From positions 63,326,924 to 63,390,923 of the forward strand of contig NC_092349.1 in the NCBI RefSeq assembly GCF_963676685.1: DNA of 64,000 nt. The letters are read 5' to 3'. The DNA comes from Mytilus edulis. Taxonomy: Eukaryota. Under the pieces are notes generated by a model. It searched no databases. It saw only the letters and a list, made by a program, of their open reading frames with translations, and was not told where the DNA came from. Positions within the stretch are counted from its first letter, which is position 1. Every line of letters begins with the position of its first letter. This document shows, piece after piece, positions 1 to 12,052 of this stretch. The translations under genes were made by a program, and so were the position numbers.

Positions 1-762
1 CGTTTCGTGACGCTCATATCAAAATATTTATAAAGCCAAACAAGTAAAAAGTTGAAGAGCATTGAGGATCCAAAAATTCTAAAAAATTGTGCCAAATATG
101 GCTAAGGTAATCTATGCCTGATACAAGAAAATCCTTAGTTTTTCGAAAAAATTCAAAGTTTTGTAAACAGGAAATTTATAAAAATGACCATATTATTGAT
201 ATTCATGTCAACACCGAAGTGTTGTCTACTGGGCTGGTGATACCCTCAGGGACGAAACGTCCACCAGCAGTGGCATCGACCTAGTGGTATAAATAGTTAT
301 CAAAGGTACCAGGATTATAAAATTTAGTATGCCAGACGCGCGTTTCGTCTACATAAGACTCATCAGTGACGCTCATATCAAAATATTTATAAAGCCAAAC
401 AATTTAAAAGTTGAAGAGTATTGAGGATCCAAAATTCCAAAAAATTGTGCCAAATACGGCTAAGGTAATCTATGCCTGATACAAGAAAATCCTTAGTTTT
501 TCGAAAAAATTCAAAGTTTTGTAAACAGGAAATTTATAAAAATGACCACATTATTGATATTCATGTCAACACCGAAGTGTTGTCTACTGGGCTGGTGATA
601 CCCTCAGGGACGAAACGTCCACCAGCAGTGGCATCGACCCAGTGGTGTAAATAGTTATCAAAGGTCCCAGGATTATAAAATTTAGTATGCCAGACGCGCG
701 TTTCGTCTACATAAGACTCATCAGTGACGCTCATATCAAAATATTTATAAAGCCAAACAAGT
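1..762. repeat. Tandem satellite-like repeat, unit about 359 bp, about 2.1 copies, running off the window start
   Basis: tgacgctcatatcaaaatatttataaagccaaacaa recurs at 8, 367 and 726. ORF 472..654 lies inside the repeat unit. Confidence 0.85.
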
Positions 763-956
763 AAAGAACATTTTATATGCAATTTTTTTGTTTTATGGTT
801 CAGTGTCAAATTTAAAGGCTAATTAATATACATTGGGGCTGCTTCAAATACATTTTCAAGTGTTTGCCTTATTGAAATCTTATATTCAATTAACAAAAAA
901 TGATTAGCTTACATTAAACATATCATTATTCTAAACCTGTCACTTTGTATTATTAC

Positions 957-1152
957 CCATGGGTCCTCCCATACATCAGGATGGTGATGAGCATGATATA
1001 TAGCCATATCTATAAAACTTCCTTTAGGTATCTCTACGCCTTCAATAACACATGGTTCATCTAGCATCCTACTGATAACTGGTACTGGAGTGTGGTGTCT
1101 CATTACCTCCTTCAGGAAACAGCTCAAATATTTCATTTTCTGTATGTCTTCA
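957..1152 (-). CDS. CYP4-like gene A, exon 9 (SEDIQKMKYLSCFLKEVMRHHTPVPVISRMLDEPCVIEGVEIPKGSFIDMAIYHAHHHPDVWEDPW)
   Basis: ORF track 909..1226 on the minus strand. Acceptor tttcag, donor gtaata. 196 nt as in the paralogs. The downstream exons (PERF, haem loop, C-terminus) are not in the window. Confidence 0.75.
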
Positions 1153-2673
1153 CTGAAATAAAATATTTGAAAGATTAGAAACAAGAATGTGTCCCAAGTA
1201 CACAGATGCCCCATCTGCACTATCATTTTCTATGTTCAGTGGATCATGAAAATAGGATAAAATCTCTAATTTGGCATTAAAATTATAAAGATCATATCAT
1301 AGGGAACATGTTTACTAAGTTTCAAATTGATTGGACTTCAACTTCACCAAAAACTACCTCCACCAAAAACTTTAACCTGAAGCGGGACGAATGGATGGAC
1401 GGACGAACGGAGCAACGTTAATGGGCATAAAAAACAACATGAACATGATGAATATAAGATGAAAAAAAATATGACATTTTTTGTTATTTTTTGTTGTATG
1501 ATATGTACACAGCCAACTTTCATTATATTGAAACTGATGGGACATGATAACATTTTTAATTATATGAAATTTGACCAAAAAGGAGCTTACCTACAAACAA
1601 TCAAGAGGAGAACACTAGATTTTGAACATAATTAAACCAGTATTGCTCATTATGATGTATTGTAATGGACAACTATCAAATTCATATCCTGTTTTAGCAG
1701 ATGTTATTATTTTTAGTAGTTGTTTAAATACTCTATGATTTCTTTTAAGTTCGGCTTTGAAAGATATCTACAATGAATCATTTTTAGACTCAGGCAAATA
1801 TTAAGTCAACTGAGATAGAGGCAAAGAACTAGGCTGTTTAGTTTATATCCACATTTCTTAACCTTGCCTAGGCATCTAATTATCTAACTCTGTTTAAAGA
1901 GTTCATTCTATTCTTTTAGGGCTTTCTTTTCTTTTGGTTTGTATATTTAAATGGATAAATAAGTTTCTGATAATAGAAAACTACATCCTCTAATTTTCTA
2001 AATTAACATTTGTAAACACTTCATAATAGTGTTTACAAAACAAATTTATTAGCCATTTTATCTACAAATGTGGCATACCACAAGCTTCTTTCATAAAATT
2101 ATAGAAAGGTTTAAACACAAAGGAAACAGCTTATCATTATTTTATTCCAAACTATAAGTATAAAAATATATTTAGAAAGGTTATACTTCAATTTGCCTTG
2201 AGTGCAGGTGAGTGCAGGAGGTCATGGGTTCAAATCCTGGCCGGGTCAAACCAAAGATTTTAAAATTGGTGTTTGCTGCTTCTATTATTATCACGTGACA
2301 TTAAGGAGTAAGAGTAGAGACTAGTCAGCATCTGAGTCAAAATATTGGCGGCTGAAAATTTTCATTCATGAAATACTTCATACACGGGAGTTTTTTCTCC
2401 TAAACGGGAGGACGGGAGGAGACCCCTGAAAACGGGATTATTGTACTCCCGTCGGGAGGTTCACATGTATGACTAGTCAGCATCTGAGTCAAAATATTGT
2501 GTTCTGGTAGTCTTCCTACGGACTGTTACCTTGTGAACTAGCATGTTGGTCTAGTTAAAAACAGGGTTAATATTTATATTACATGTTCTCGTCCTGAATA
2601 TGCATATCAATTTGCCGCTGGATGTTAAGCAATCATCCATCATCATTATCAATTAATTAAGCCTTTTACTTAC

Positions 2674-2797
2674 CAATCAACATACTGTTTATCCCCAATG
2701 ACCCCTCTGACCTCTTCATAAACTTTGTCCTGTATATCTTTGTGTTTGCCTAAACTGTATATACTCCAGCTCAACACACTGGATGTTGTGTCATGAC
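2674..2797 (-). CDS. CYP4-like gene A, exon 8 (GHDTTSSVLSWSIYSLGKHKDIQDKVYEEVRGVIGDKQYVD)
   Basis: 124 nt as in the paralogs. Donor gtaagt. Confidence 0.7.
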
Positions 2798-3545
2798 CTT
2801 TATTTCATGAAGAGACAAATTATCATTATGACCATCATTTCATGAGTTTAAAATTAGATGTTAACAAATAGACAGAGCTGTTCAAAAATAGCCATCAAGA
2901 GCTGAGCACATAGATGAATTATGGAAGAATCTGACTTAATAGGTTTAAAACTGTAGATATTATTCATTAATCTGATTCTGTTTCATCAACTTTTATTATC
3001 ATTTTAACTTTATAAACAGTATTAACATACAATATCTTTCTCAAAATAACTTAAAATACTAAAAAAGGTTTACATATAAGTTCATTGAATTTTGATACAT
3101 AGATAAAATGCATACAGCAGAGGTTCAAAATTAATCTTAAATCAAAAAGGTTCAGGACTTATGGAACTAACAACTCAAAGGTCGTGCTGTGAAAATCAAA
3201 GGTTAGAACTCAGGTGTTTAAAAGAACTATTTTCAGGGGTCATTTAGGATCAGGACTCTTGATTTCTTTACATTTAAGTTTGTAGACTTAGGACATACAG
3301 AATTCAGAACATCTGATACACGATTGGAATACATCGACTAACATATAAAATGCTGGATATTCAATCAAGTAAATGTATAGCTTGCTGTTCCGTGTGAGCC
3401 AAGGCCAGATGTCGAAAACCGTTATTTAACCTATAATGGTTAACTTTTACAAATTAAAAATTGGATTGAGAGTTGTCTTATTGACACTCATACCACATCA
3501 TCTTATATCTATATATAAGCTTTAATTCTAAACATAATACTTTAC

Positions 3546-3678
3546 CAGCAAACATAAACGTATCCACCTCAGATCTAATCTCTTCATTAGTCAATCCTTT
3601 ACCAGATTCATCTCTCGCTGTTAACAAAATATCCAGAAAATCCAACTGTCTTTTCTTCTTTGTTTCAGAACCGTCCTT
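3546..3678 (-). CDS. CYP4-like gene A, exon 7 (…[34 protein letters not shown])
   Basis: 133 nt as in the paralogs. Contains the first half of the CYP4 I-helix signature. Donor gtaaag. Confidence 0.7.
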
Positions 3679-4147
3679 CTATAAAAGTATTAAGTTATAA
3701 TCATTTCAGTTCTAATGGTGAAAAAATTAAAGAAAAAAAAATGAAATACTCAACCAATGGGAATTTCATTTCAGGTATAAGCTTTGTTTTTATTTTTTTT
3801 GTTTGTTTAATTTTGATTTATAAAAAACATGACAAAATGTAGCACAAGTTGATTTATCCATATTAACTGTCACATAGAAGAACAAATAAAAATACTATGA
3901 ATATTCTCCATTTTACATAACAAAATTTGATCTGCAGATTTTCTGAAATCAGTATATTTATAAATGGGTACCTTATGAATGACATAGTATCATTTATTGT
4001 TCACTATATCATATATGTTGTATATCGATTAAGGCATGATCATTCCAGAGGTATTACAAATAGGGCTTAGATACAGAATATGTGATGAATGTATGCAATC
4101 TTAGATATACAAATAAGGTTTCAAAGTATCATCTATATTTGATTTTC

Positions 4148-4330
4148 AAAACAATATTGGAAATTAGTATGGCGTTCATTATCACTGGACTAGTATATAT
4201 TTGTTTAGGGGCCAGCTGAAGGACGCCTCCGGGTGCGGGAATTTCTCGCTACATTGAAGACCTGTTGGTGACCCTCTGCTGTTGTTTTTTATTTGGTCGG
4301 GTTGTTGTCTCTTTGACACATTCCCCATTT
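4148..4330 (+). repeat. Interspersed SINE/MITE-like repeat, family R-A, 5'-truncated copy
   Basis: ggaaattagtatggcgttcattatcact…ggccagctgaaggacgcctccgggtgcgggaa…gacacattccccatttcc is shared with 55040-55215 and 61440-61640. Confidence 0.8.
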
Positions 4331-4450
4331 CCATTCTCAATTTTATCAACATCTTAAAACTGTTTTAATAAAGGATATAAAGGTATTATATCACACCATT
4401 TGAATAAAATTCTAGTGAAAACGGTTTATAATTGATATAATATATCATAC

Positions 4451-4574
4451 CAAATCTTCTTTTCTCTTCAAAATAATATCTTCTGAAAACTCATGAACAT
4501 AATCACAGAGCTTGAAAAATTCTTTACCACTAGGTGATAGCTTGAATAGAAATTCTGGATACAAATTAATGTTT
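4451..4574 (-). CDS. CYP4-like gene A, exon 6 (NINLYPEFLFKLSPSGKEFFKLCDYVHEFSEDIILKRKEDL)
   Basis: Acceptor ttttgtag, donor gtatga. One codon shorter than paralog exon 6. Confidence 0.7.
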
Positions 4575-5207
4575 CTACAAAATAAAGGCATTGCTTGTCA
4601 GTTACATATAAAAGTTTGAAATCAATATATCAAAGCCAAAATAATTCAACTTAAGTATGTGTTATCATGGTTATGTTGTAAGATACTGTATGAATGGCTA
4701 TAATATTGTATTGAAACCAAGTGGCATCCATTTTAATGATTAATTTCAGTACATGTATGAACAAACAAAGTAAATGTTGGTGCCAATACAGTGTAATGAA
4801 TTATTCCAAATGAAAGTTGTTACTTTTTGGGCACCCAATTATTAACTTTCCTTTCTCACCCAACAAATATGAATGATTTTGTTTCAAGTGAGTCAAATCA
4901 TGATCCTTACCTTTAACCTTTAACATTTATTTGCACAAATGAGTTTCATATTCAATTTGCAATTGGTACTATTAGCGTACTGAATGTGTTGAAGCAACTG
5001 AACATCGTCTTCATATTTTGTCTTCAGGGATTCTCAAAAGCAGCAAATGAGGAATCAAACATAAACTGCACATATACATGTTCTTACACCATGATGAAAC
5101 AAAAGTATGCAAGCATGAATCAAAACTTTTTTTATTCAAATAACAATTTTTAAAAGGCTTCAAGCTATTTCAAATAACTTTGGTTCAGAATATTTTTCAT
5201 AACTTAC

Positions 5208-5270
5208 AGACATCTATGTAGCATAAGCTCAATCATTCTTTTAACTGCTTTAACATATGGATGGCTCTCA
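5208..5270 (-). CDS. CYP4-like gene A, exon 5 (ESHPYVKAVKRMIELMLHRC)
   Basis: 63 nt, phase 2 to 2, donor gtaagt. Matches paralog exon 5 (HPYV.AVNRLG). Confidence 0.7.
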
Positions 5271-5446
5271 CTGTAAAGATTAAATGTAATTTTAACAAAG
5301 TATACAAAATGTATGTACAAATAGGAATCATTAGTACCTGTATATCACATATTTGTTATCTTTTTAATCTAATAATACATAACTTCCTATAAATGCTTTC
5401 AAATTAAAGATGAATCTTACTAATTTCTTTGACATAATTTCTTACC

Positions 5447-5571
5447 CTACATCTTGTATATTTCCTTTGTATGACAGAGCACACTGTAACAAGATATCTA
5501 ATGTTGCCAGTCCTGAATATTGAAACACCTCCACATGTTTTCCATTCTTACTTCCCTCTGCAAACTTTACC
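5447..5571 (-). CDS. CYP4-like gene A, exon 4 (VKFAEGSKNGKHVEVFQYSGLATLDILLQCALSYKGNIQDVG)
   Basis: Reverse-complement translation matches paralog exon 4. 125 nt, donor gtaaga. Confidence 0.7.
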
Positions 5572-5915
5572 TGTTAAAGAAAATAGAATATTAGACCTTA
5601 CATATTTGATTATTTCACCTTTTGAGGTTTATCTAAAGACAATTATGTACATATTATAGTTTTCAAAAAAAAATATTTTCATAATATAAAACCCTTGTCT
5701 CCTCTTTAAATTATAAGTTGAATTTGAGGCAGATGTGTTTTTTACTGAGAAAATTTGTGTTCAAAGGTCAATTTCAAATATTTGTTGTGTTCATTTGCTG
5801 CCCTAGCTAATGAAAGTAAACTTTTCAGCCATCAGATTTAGAAACTCAAATCAATGTTTTTTTTTATGTTGACTTACAAATTTAACATAATAAGGTTATA
5901 TGAAATATTACTTAC

Positions 5916-6043
5916 TAATAATGTATCTGTCACATCATTGTAGATTTTGAAGTACCCATTCAAAATGGAGAAATGAAAAGCTGGTGTTAACAATCTTCTA
6001 TTTCTTTCCCACTTTGGTCCATCTGCTACCAGTAAACTTTCAC
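5916..6043 (-). CDS. CYP4-like gene A, exon 3 ([30 protein letters not shown])
   Basis: Acceptor cag, donor gtaagt, 128 nt as in the paralogs. Confidence 0.75.
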
Positions 6044-6619
6044 CTGTCCATAAATATAAGGATACCATATTTTTTAATTTTCAACTTTTGGTTACGGTAG
6101 ATTATTGCGTGCATTTATTATTGCCATTTTGTCATTTTAGAATGACTTAAATGCGGTTTTAAATTTAACAATTTTGAGAAAAATCCTGTTTAATTCATAT
6201 AAAATATTTCAAAATGAGAGTTTATATTATTGCGTTTACAACTCTGTCGCATTTTTCGCAATAACAAAAATCTTGCATTGATTTCTGAATTTACCATTGT
6301 TTACAGTATGTAAAATTTTGTATCAAAAGACATTCAAATGAGTGATTTTCATTTCAGTTTGAAAATTTAACAGATAAGAGTTGAGTTGTCTTGTAGCCTA
6401 TATAATGGTTAAATCTTTTGCTTCTATTTATTTTTACAGAGTTGTTTACATCATGCATTAAATGCAGACATTTTATAGGGATCAACAGTTTGTTAATATC
6501 ATCACTGGTATGGTTGCCTTTTTTCCAACTGAATTTATAAATCCATGACACAGTCTAAGAGAACTTTGTTTTGTGAACCTTGTCTAGTTATTACAATATT
6601 ATTGCAAATGCAACAATGG

Positions 6620-6870
6620 TACTGCAGATTGATTCATTATTATTCGTTGGATACCAATTGTTGTCAGTTTCATGGGTACATGTATAGGTGAACCACAAAA
6701 TTCAAATGTTCAACAAATTACAATTTTCTATAGGCTTTGTACATGTCATGCATGTTGTATGCAGAGATTGGCAAAACCAAAAACCATGAAATCAAATATC
6801 CATGAAAATATAAGTTTTCCTCAATACACAAAAATTTATACCAACAAAAATAAATGACTTCACAGTATAC
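6620..6870 (+). mobile_element. MITE family with TIR CTGTGGATTCATT, about 250 bp
   Basis: Starts ctgcagattgattcattattattcgttggataccaatt and ends …aaataaatgacttcacagtat. Homologous copies are at 35335-35525, 50575-50700, 53610-53700, 57035-57215 and 61985-62060 (reverse orientation). Confidence 0.7.
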
Positions 6871-6919
6871 ACATACACAAATTATCTGCCCCTTATATGA
6901 ACTCATTTGCATAACTCAC

Positions 6920-7121
6920 CAATCCATGGTAACATAAAGGCAATTCCTGCCCCTTTTCTAGACTTTGGTGCAGTTGACTTCATTACAACCTTTATAGTGT
7001 CTGGATGGGTCAAGGTCAGTAAAGGTCGTACAACAAATAACCAGTAGACGAAAGCTTTACATCTTTTATCTTCTACATATTCCTTATACATCTGTTTGAA
7101 AAATCCATCAAAGGATTCAAT
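6920..7121 (-). CDS. CYP4-like gene A, exon 2 (…FVYWL…HPDTIKVVM…PWIG)
   Basis: Acceptor tttgtag, donor gtgagt, phase 0 to 1, 202 nt, the same length as gene C exon 2. ORF track 6903..7091 on the minus strand. Confidence 0.75.
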
Positions 7122-8113
7122 CTACAAATAATGAATGTTAGGTGTGATAAGGTGGATGACATTGGGTGCTCATTATCAAATCTGTTTTTTTTTGTCATTT
7201 TTTCATATGTATATTCTTTTTTCCTTTTTTTTGCCCAGATGCCACCTTTTTCCCCACTATATCCCAAATCCCTACTTTTTTACTCCTTATATCCCAAAAA
7301 CCAAAAGCCTTTCATTCCCCTTTTTGTGATGTTTTGAAAAAATAAAGATAATGTCCAACAGAATAGGTCTATACAGGCCTTAGAAAACGAAAACTACAGA
7401 AATTTTGAATTACCTTTTTCTCAATTCTTCAACACAGGACAAATTAATGTACCAGCAAAAAAATGTTATAATGTCTTTGATAGTTTTTGTTAAATTTCTT
7501 TTGATTTGTATTTTATTTTTGTACCATTGGATTGCCATCTTCATTGGCATCATACCCACATCTTTAAATGTTTAACCCTGCTTCATTATTTAATGTCCCT
7601 GTCTGGACATTTTGTTGTCTTGGTGCCTTTAAATTTATAGCTTATCAAAGATATGGAATTCCTCATTGTTACAGACTGTACAGTCATGACAGTGACATAT
7701 ATAGTTCTTAACGTCCTTGTCCAATTGTCAACTTTCGAGTTCGATGCATTTCCGTCAAAAACTTTGTTGTCAGTGAACATTATTCGTGCGTTTAAGGGCA
7801 TTGTCACTTCAGTTGCCATGTTGAGCTAGTGGTTAGAAAACTATAAAGCTATATTTCATAAATTATTCTGCAAATTGAATAATCATAATTGACCATCAGA
7901 ATTGATGTCATTAGAGAATTGTGATTAAGTACCTACAGAACAAACATTGTTTCTTGTTTTATCCAAAACAATGACAATCACTAAGGTGCTTGATGAACGT
8001 TAATAGTGCAGGGATACAGGCAATCCCCTCTTTCTGGAAAATGAGGCCATAAAGACGAGCATAATTGGTGAGTTTTTTCCTGTGAAGGACAAACTCAAGA
8101 GTGGTCTATTTAA

Positions 8114-8273
8114 GAAATAATTCATGGGGGCTTGAATATATCGTGATTTTACCACGGGTTGGCCCTTTATGACAAATATTTTACCCCTGAGCGATAGCGA
8201 GGGGTAAAATATCGGCATAAAGGGACAACCCGTGGTAAAATCTAGATATATTCAAGCCCCCATGAATTATTTC
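8114..8273. repeat. 160-bp near-perfect palindrome (about 74-bp arms, 12-nt loop) in intron 1 of gene A
   Basis: gaaataattcatgggggcttgaatatat…ttttacccct | gagcgatagcg | aggggtaaaa…atatattcaagcccccatgaattatttc. Arm identity is about 93 percent. Confidence 0.85.
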
Positions 8274-8871
8274 GATTCTGATAGGACACATACAGCAATT
8301 CTTTTGGATCGAAGCGCTCTAGGTGTAGGCAAATATTTGCCGTTCCCATAAATAAACGCACTAATAAACTAGCGTAAAAGAACGGAGCAAACTGCATTAG
8401 TGACATGCTTAAACTATTTAAAATAATGTATTTAGACAGTTTTGGATGAATTTGAATGATAATTTATTTATATGTCTTATATGATGTACAATAAAGTGCT
8501 TTTGCCACATTTTAGCATCATTTGTGTATGTTTCCTTGTGATGATTTTCGGATTCACAAGCGTGTATTTTCCCGTAAAATGCTTACATTCTAACGTCATT
8601 GTTCTATGACGTCGGGTATCTCATTCATAAAAAAGCATATGACGTGGGAGTACAATCGGAACAGCACTGGCAATATATTCATATTTTACCAAGGGTGTGT
8701 ACTCAAAGCGTTTGAAGGACGTCATGTTAGAATAATTCTTATAGAATAGTTGTATCAATGGCAATTATGTCCTATCTCTAAATTGTATACTTGTGTATTT
8801 AATTTCTTAATATATTAGAATAAATTATCATGATTATTGTACAGTAAATATCTTTTGTAAGCCAAAAATAC

Positions 8872-9036
8872 CTGGAGTGCATTTCCAAACAACCAATGTG
8901 CTTTAGGTCCTGGGAAATGAGACAGTGCCTTGACCATATTTCCATGCCATTTTAAGAACTTAATGAGGTTTATAATGATAACTGTGAGAATCAACACACC
9001 TACACCAATCACTATTGTCATCAACACAGCTGCCAT
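8872..9036 (-). CDS. CYP4-like P450 gene A, exon 1 (signal anchor plus PGPKAHWLFGNALQ)
   Basis: ATG at 9036 (minus). Translation MAAVLMTIVIGVGVLILTVIIINLIKFLKWHGNMVKALSHFPGPKAHWLFGNALQ, followed by a GT donor (gtattt). Parallels exon 1 of genes B and C. Confidence 0.75.
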
Positions 9037-10087
9037 GGTTACACTGTTTTTTTACTCTATATGTATCTGAAATTTTACAGTATAAAATTATCTTTATATA
9101 TATCAATACATGTTTTTGCATTGACACAAGTCTGTACCACTAGTTCAATGGCTCAGACTAGTAAAATTTCATTCGGACTAGTAAGTTTTTGCAAAAAAAT
9201 GTCAGAATATTTTTCTTTTGGACTAGTACATGTAGTTGAAAAAGTTTTTGGTGCCGACTGTGGCATTATCATGATTATTTTATCTTCTGATCCAGTGAGA
9301 TAAGATGAGATGAGATGAGACATATGTAACTGTGATCTATGCACTTCTTACCTCTGCAGATATAAAAGAATTGTGTGCTTTTTGAATGTGAATAAAATGC
9401 TGCCCAATGCAATCAATTGTTGTCTTTTGTAGCTACATGTTTATCTGCAATAATCATGGTAATGTTCTCTCTTCAAGCTATTAATCAATATACATGTTCA
9501 TGTATCAGGGAAATTGATTAGATTGACTTAGACAACTTGCATCTCAGGACAAGTTCTCAAGTTATCATTACTTAAGTATACATGTATGTCATGTATCTGG
9601 GTTTATTTTAGTACAAATATTAGGCATTTTGTGTAGACCTACATCATTTTTACATCTGAATATGTATGCAACTTGCATTGTGCAAATCTTTATATTTTAA
9701 ACAAAATGCCAACTAAAAAATTGTGCAAATCAATGTGAATATACTTAACATGCTAAAGTTATTATCTGGAAACCATCCGATTTTGGACGACGATGACGCC
9801 GACGACGATGACGACGTGATACCAATATACGACCAAAAAATTTTTTGCAGTCCTATAAAAATAACAACGCCAAGAAATAGCACTTTTATGAAAGTGGCGT
9901 TGAAGCACCAACCAATCAATCAATCAATCTGATGAGTAAAACCTTTTTCAAATGATTCATGTGATTTGTATTGTTTGGTTTTTACATGCTAGTTGTGCTG
10001 TTACATCATTGTTCAAGTTTGGTTAGACACTAGAACCTTAGATTACCTGCAAAATTAAATTGTTTAATCCTATATACATATCTATAA

Positions 10088-10254
10088 TCAGTGGCGGATC
10101 CAGAAATTTTCATAAGTGGGGGCCCACTGACTGACCTAAGAGGGGGCCCGCTCTAGTCACGCTTCAGTGATTCCCTATATAAGCAATCAAATTTTTTCCC
10201 AAAAAGGGGGGGCTTGGGTCCCCTGGCCCCCCCCTAAATCCGCCTCTGATAATT
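10088..10254. mobile_element. GC-rich MITE with TIR CAGTGGCGGATCCAG, copy 1
   Basis: Starts tcagtggcggatccagaa and ends ccgcctctga. A second copy lies at 11889-12052. Confidence 0.75.
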
Positions 10255-10479
10255 TAAGTCGGTATTATACAATATTAATATTTAGACAGTGGTTGCCATT
10301 TGCTGAACATTGTATATCTTATTTGTTTTTCATTGTACATTAACCATTAACCATATTGTCAGCTAATTCTTGTGTTACATTTTTTATGCTGAGGACAAGG
10401 CGTCCCAGAAAAAAATTAAAATAGCCTTGCCAGACATCATAATTATTTGGACTAGTTAGCTTCTAAAACAATGTGTCAA

Positions 10480-11140
10480 AGAGCAGTCAGAGCTCAGACA
10501 TAAATAAGTCTGAATCTGCTTTTGACTCATAGAGGTCTAAATTTGTAAGTTTTAGGATTTGTATATCTTTAATGCAAGACAAAATACGACTTAAATAAGT
10601 ACGTCAAATATTGTTAAGCAAGAAATAATTGACCAGAATCAAAAAGTTGCAAATATCGACTCCTACAAGTCGATAAGTTATCAAAATTGGTTAACTTCAA
10701 GACTTATAAGGAGGTCATGCATCTAAATCAAATAATGACAACATTGAAAGCCAATGCTTTGTCTTCTAAAGAAAAATATGAATGAGAGTCTAAAAAATCG
10801 GAGATAATGTTAATTAACCTTACAATGCAACCAACTGGAATCACACTTAATGAGGTAAAACATCTGTGTTTAGTAAGGATGTTCAATTAGATAATTAAAT
10901 ATAGATAGCTCAAGTCCTTGTGAACTCTCAGACAGGTTTTTGCTGTCATAGGTGGTGTACTTTGGCCACCAAGTCAAATTAGGTTTTTTCATCAACATAA
11001 ATAGACCTAAACAAGTCTGTCATTTTGTGACTTAGATAAGTCTAAAATTGAAAACACATTTTTATAATAAATACATGTTTTGACTTCTTTAAGTCAAAAA
11101 CAGAAATCGACTTGTTTATGTCTGAGCTCTGACTGAAGAG
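10480..11140. mobile_element. Non-autonomous DNA-transposon-like element, about 650 bp, with about 25-bp TIRs
   Basis: Left end cagtcagagctcagacataaataagtctga. Right end tcgacttgtttatgtctgagctctgactg. There are internal taagtc/gacttaaataagt sub-repeats. Confidence 0.6.
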
Positions 11141-11888
11141 ATGAATACCCAACCAAAGAGCAGCATGCAGAAAACAGCCAAAGGCCATATTCTAGGTCAT
11201 TCAGAAGTCATTTCTCCTTGTCATACCAATCTTATAACAGGGCAAATATGATACGTAAACAACAAATCACAATAGGATTTGATCAAGTCATTTTGCCCTC
11301 CCCCCTTTCTTTTAGAATTATATCCATCTTCAAAGATAGCAAATTAAAATGAACCATAACCATGCAATCATGATGAAAAAAATAATTATAATAAGTTTAC
11401 CTGAACGAATAATAAAAATCTAGCAAGCAAATATGTAGATTTTTTATATTTTATCCTTTTCGGTAACTGCACGTTTCATAATTGACCCCATAATTTGTGT
11501 TTACATTATTTCCGAATTGAAATTCGACGCTGTCGTTCCCCTCCCTTATCCACTACATCCCCGAATTAATGGCAATGATAAAAGTTAATCAACTGACATG
11601 AGTCGACTATGGGGCATCCTTTCGTCTGTTCTTGGAACTTCTGTTGTGCTTTTAATGGAAATTAAGTACAAAATTGTTCATTCTGAATTATGAGAGGTAT
11701 TTATGCTGAAAAATAACATGACATCCTCGATTAAATTGCATTAAACAGTTAAAATTTAAAACTGGACATGTACATTGTAGCTTTCAGTCTTTTTTTGATA
11801 TAAAACAGACATTCAAAGAGTATATTCGTTTTAGAATGTTATAAATTGAATATGAGAATTAATGCAGCTAACATTATATCATGCATAT

Positions 11889-12052
11889 TCAGTGGCGGAT
11901 CCAGAACTTTTCCTAAGGGAGGGCCCGCTGACTGACCTAAGGGGGGCCCTGCTCCAGTCACGCTTCAATGATTCCCTATATAATCAACCAAATTTTTCAC
12001 ACGAAAGGGGGGGGCCCAGGCCCCCCCCCCCCGCCTGGATCCGCCTATGATA
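11889..12052. mobile_element. GC-rich MITE with TIR CAGTGGCGGATCCAG, copy 2
   Basis: Starts tcagtggcggatccagaac and ends cctggatccgcctatga. TIR is about 16 bp. Confidence 0.75.

Noticed and set aside
2205-2260. tRNA-like 3' half (ggtcatgggttcaaatcctggccgggtca)
   Set aside because: Only a T-arm/acceptor-like piece is present, with no D-arm or anticodon arm upstream. This is more likely the head of a tRNA-derived SINE or chance similarity. Adjacent 30-bp direct repeats at 2312-2341 and 2470-2499 flank a short segment whose ends are inverted (acgggagt/actcccgt), again pointing to a repeat.
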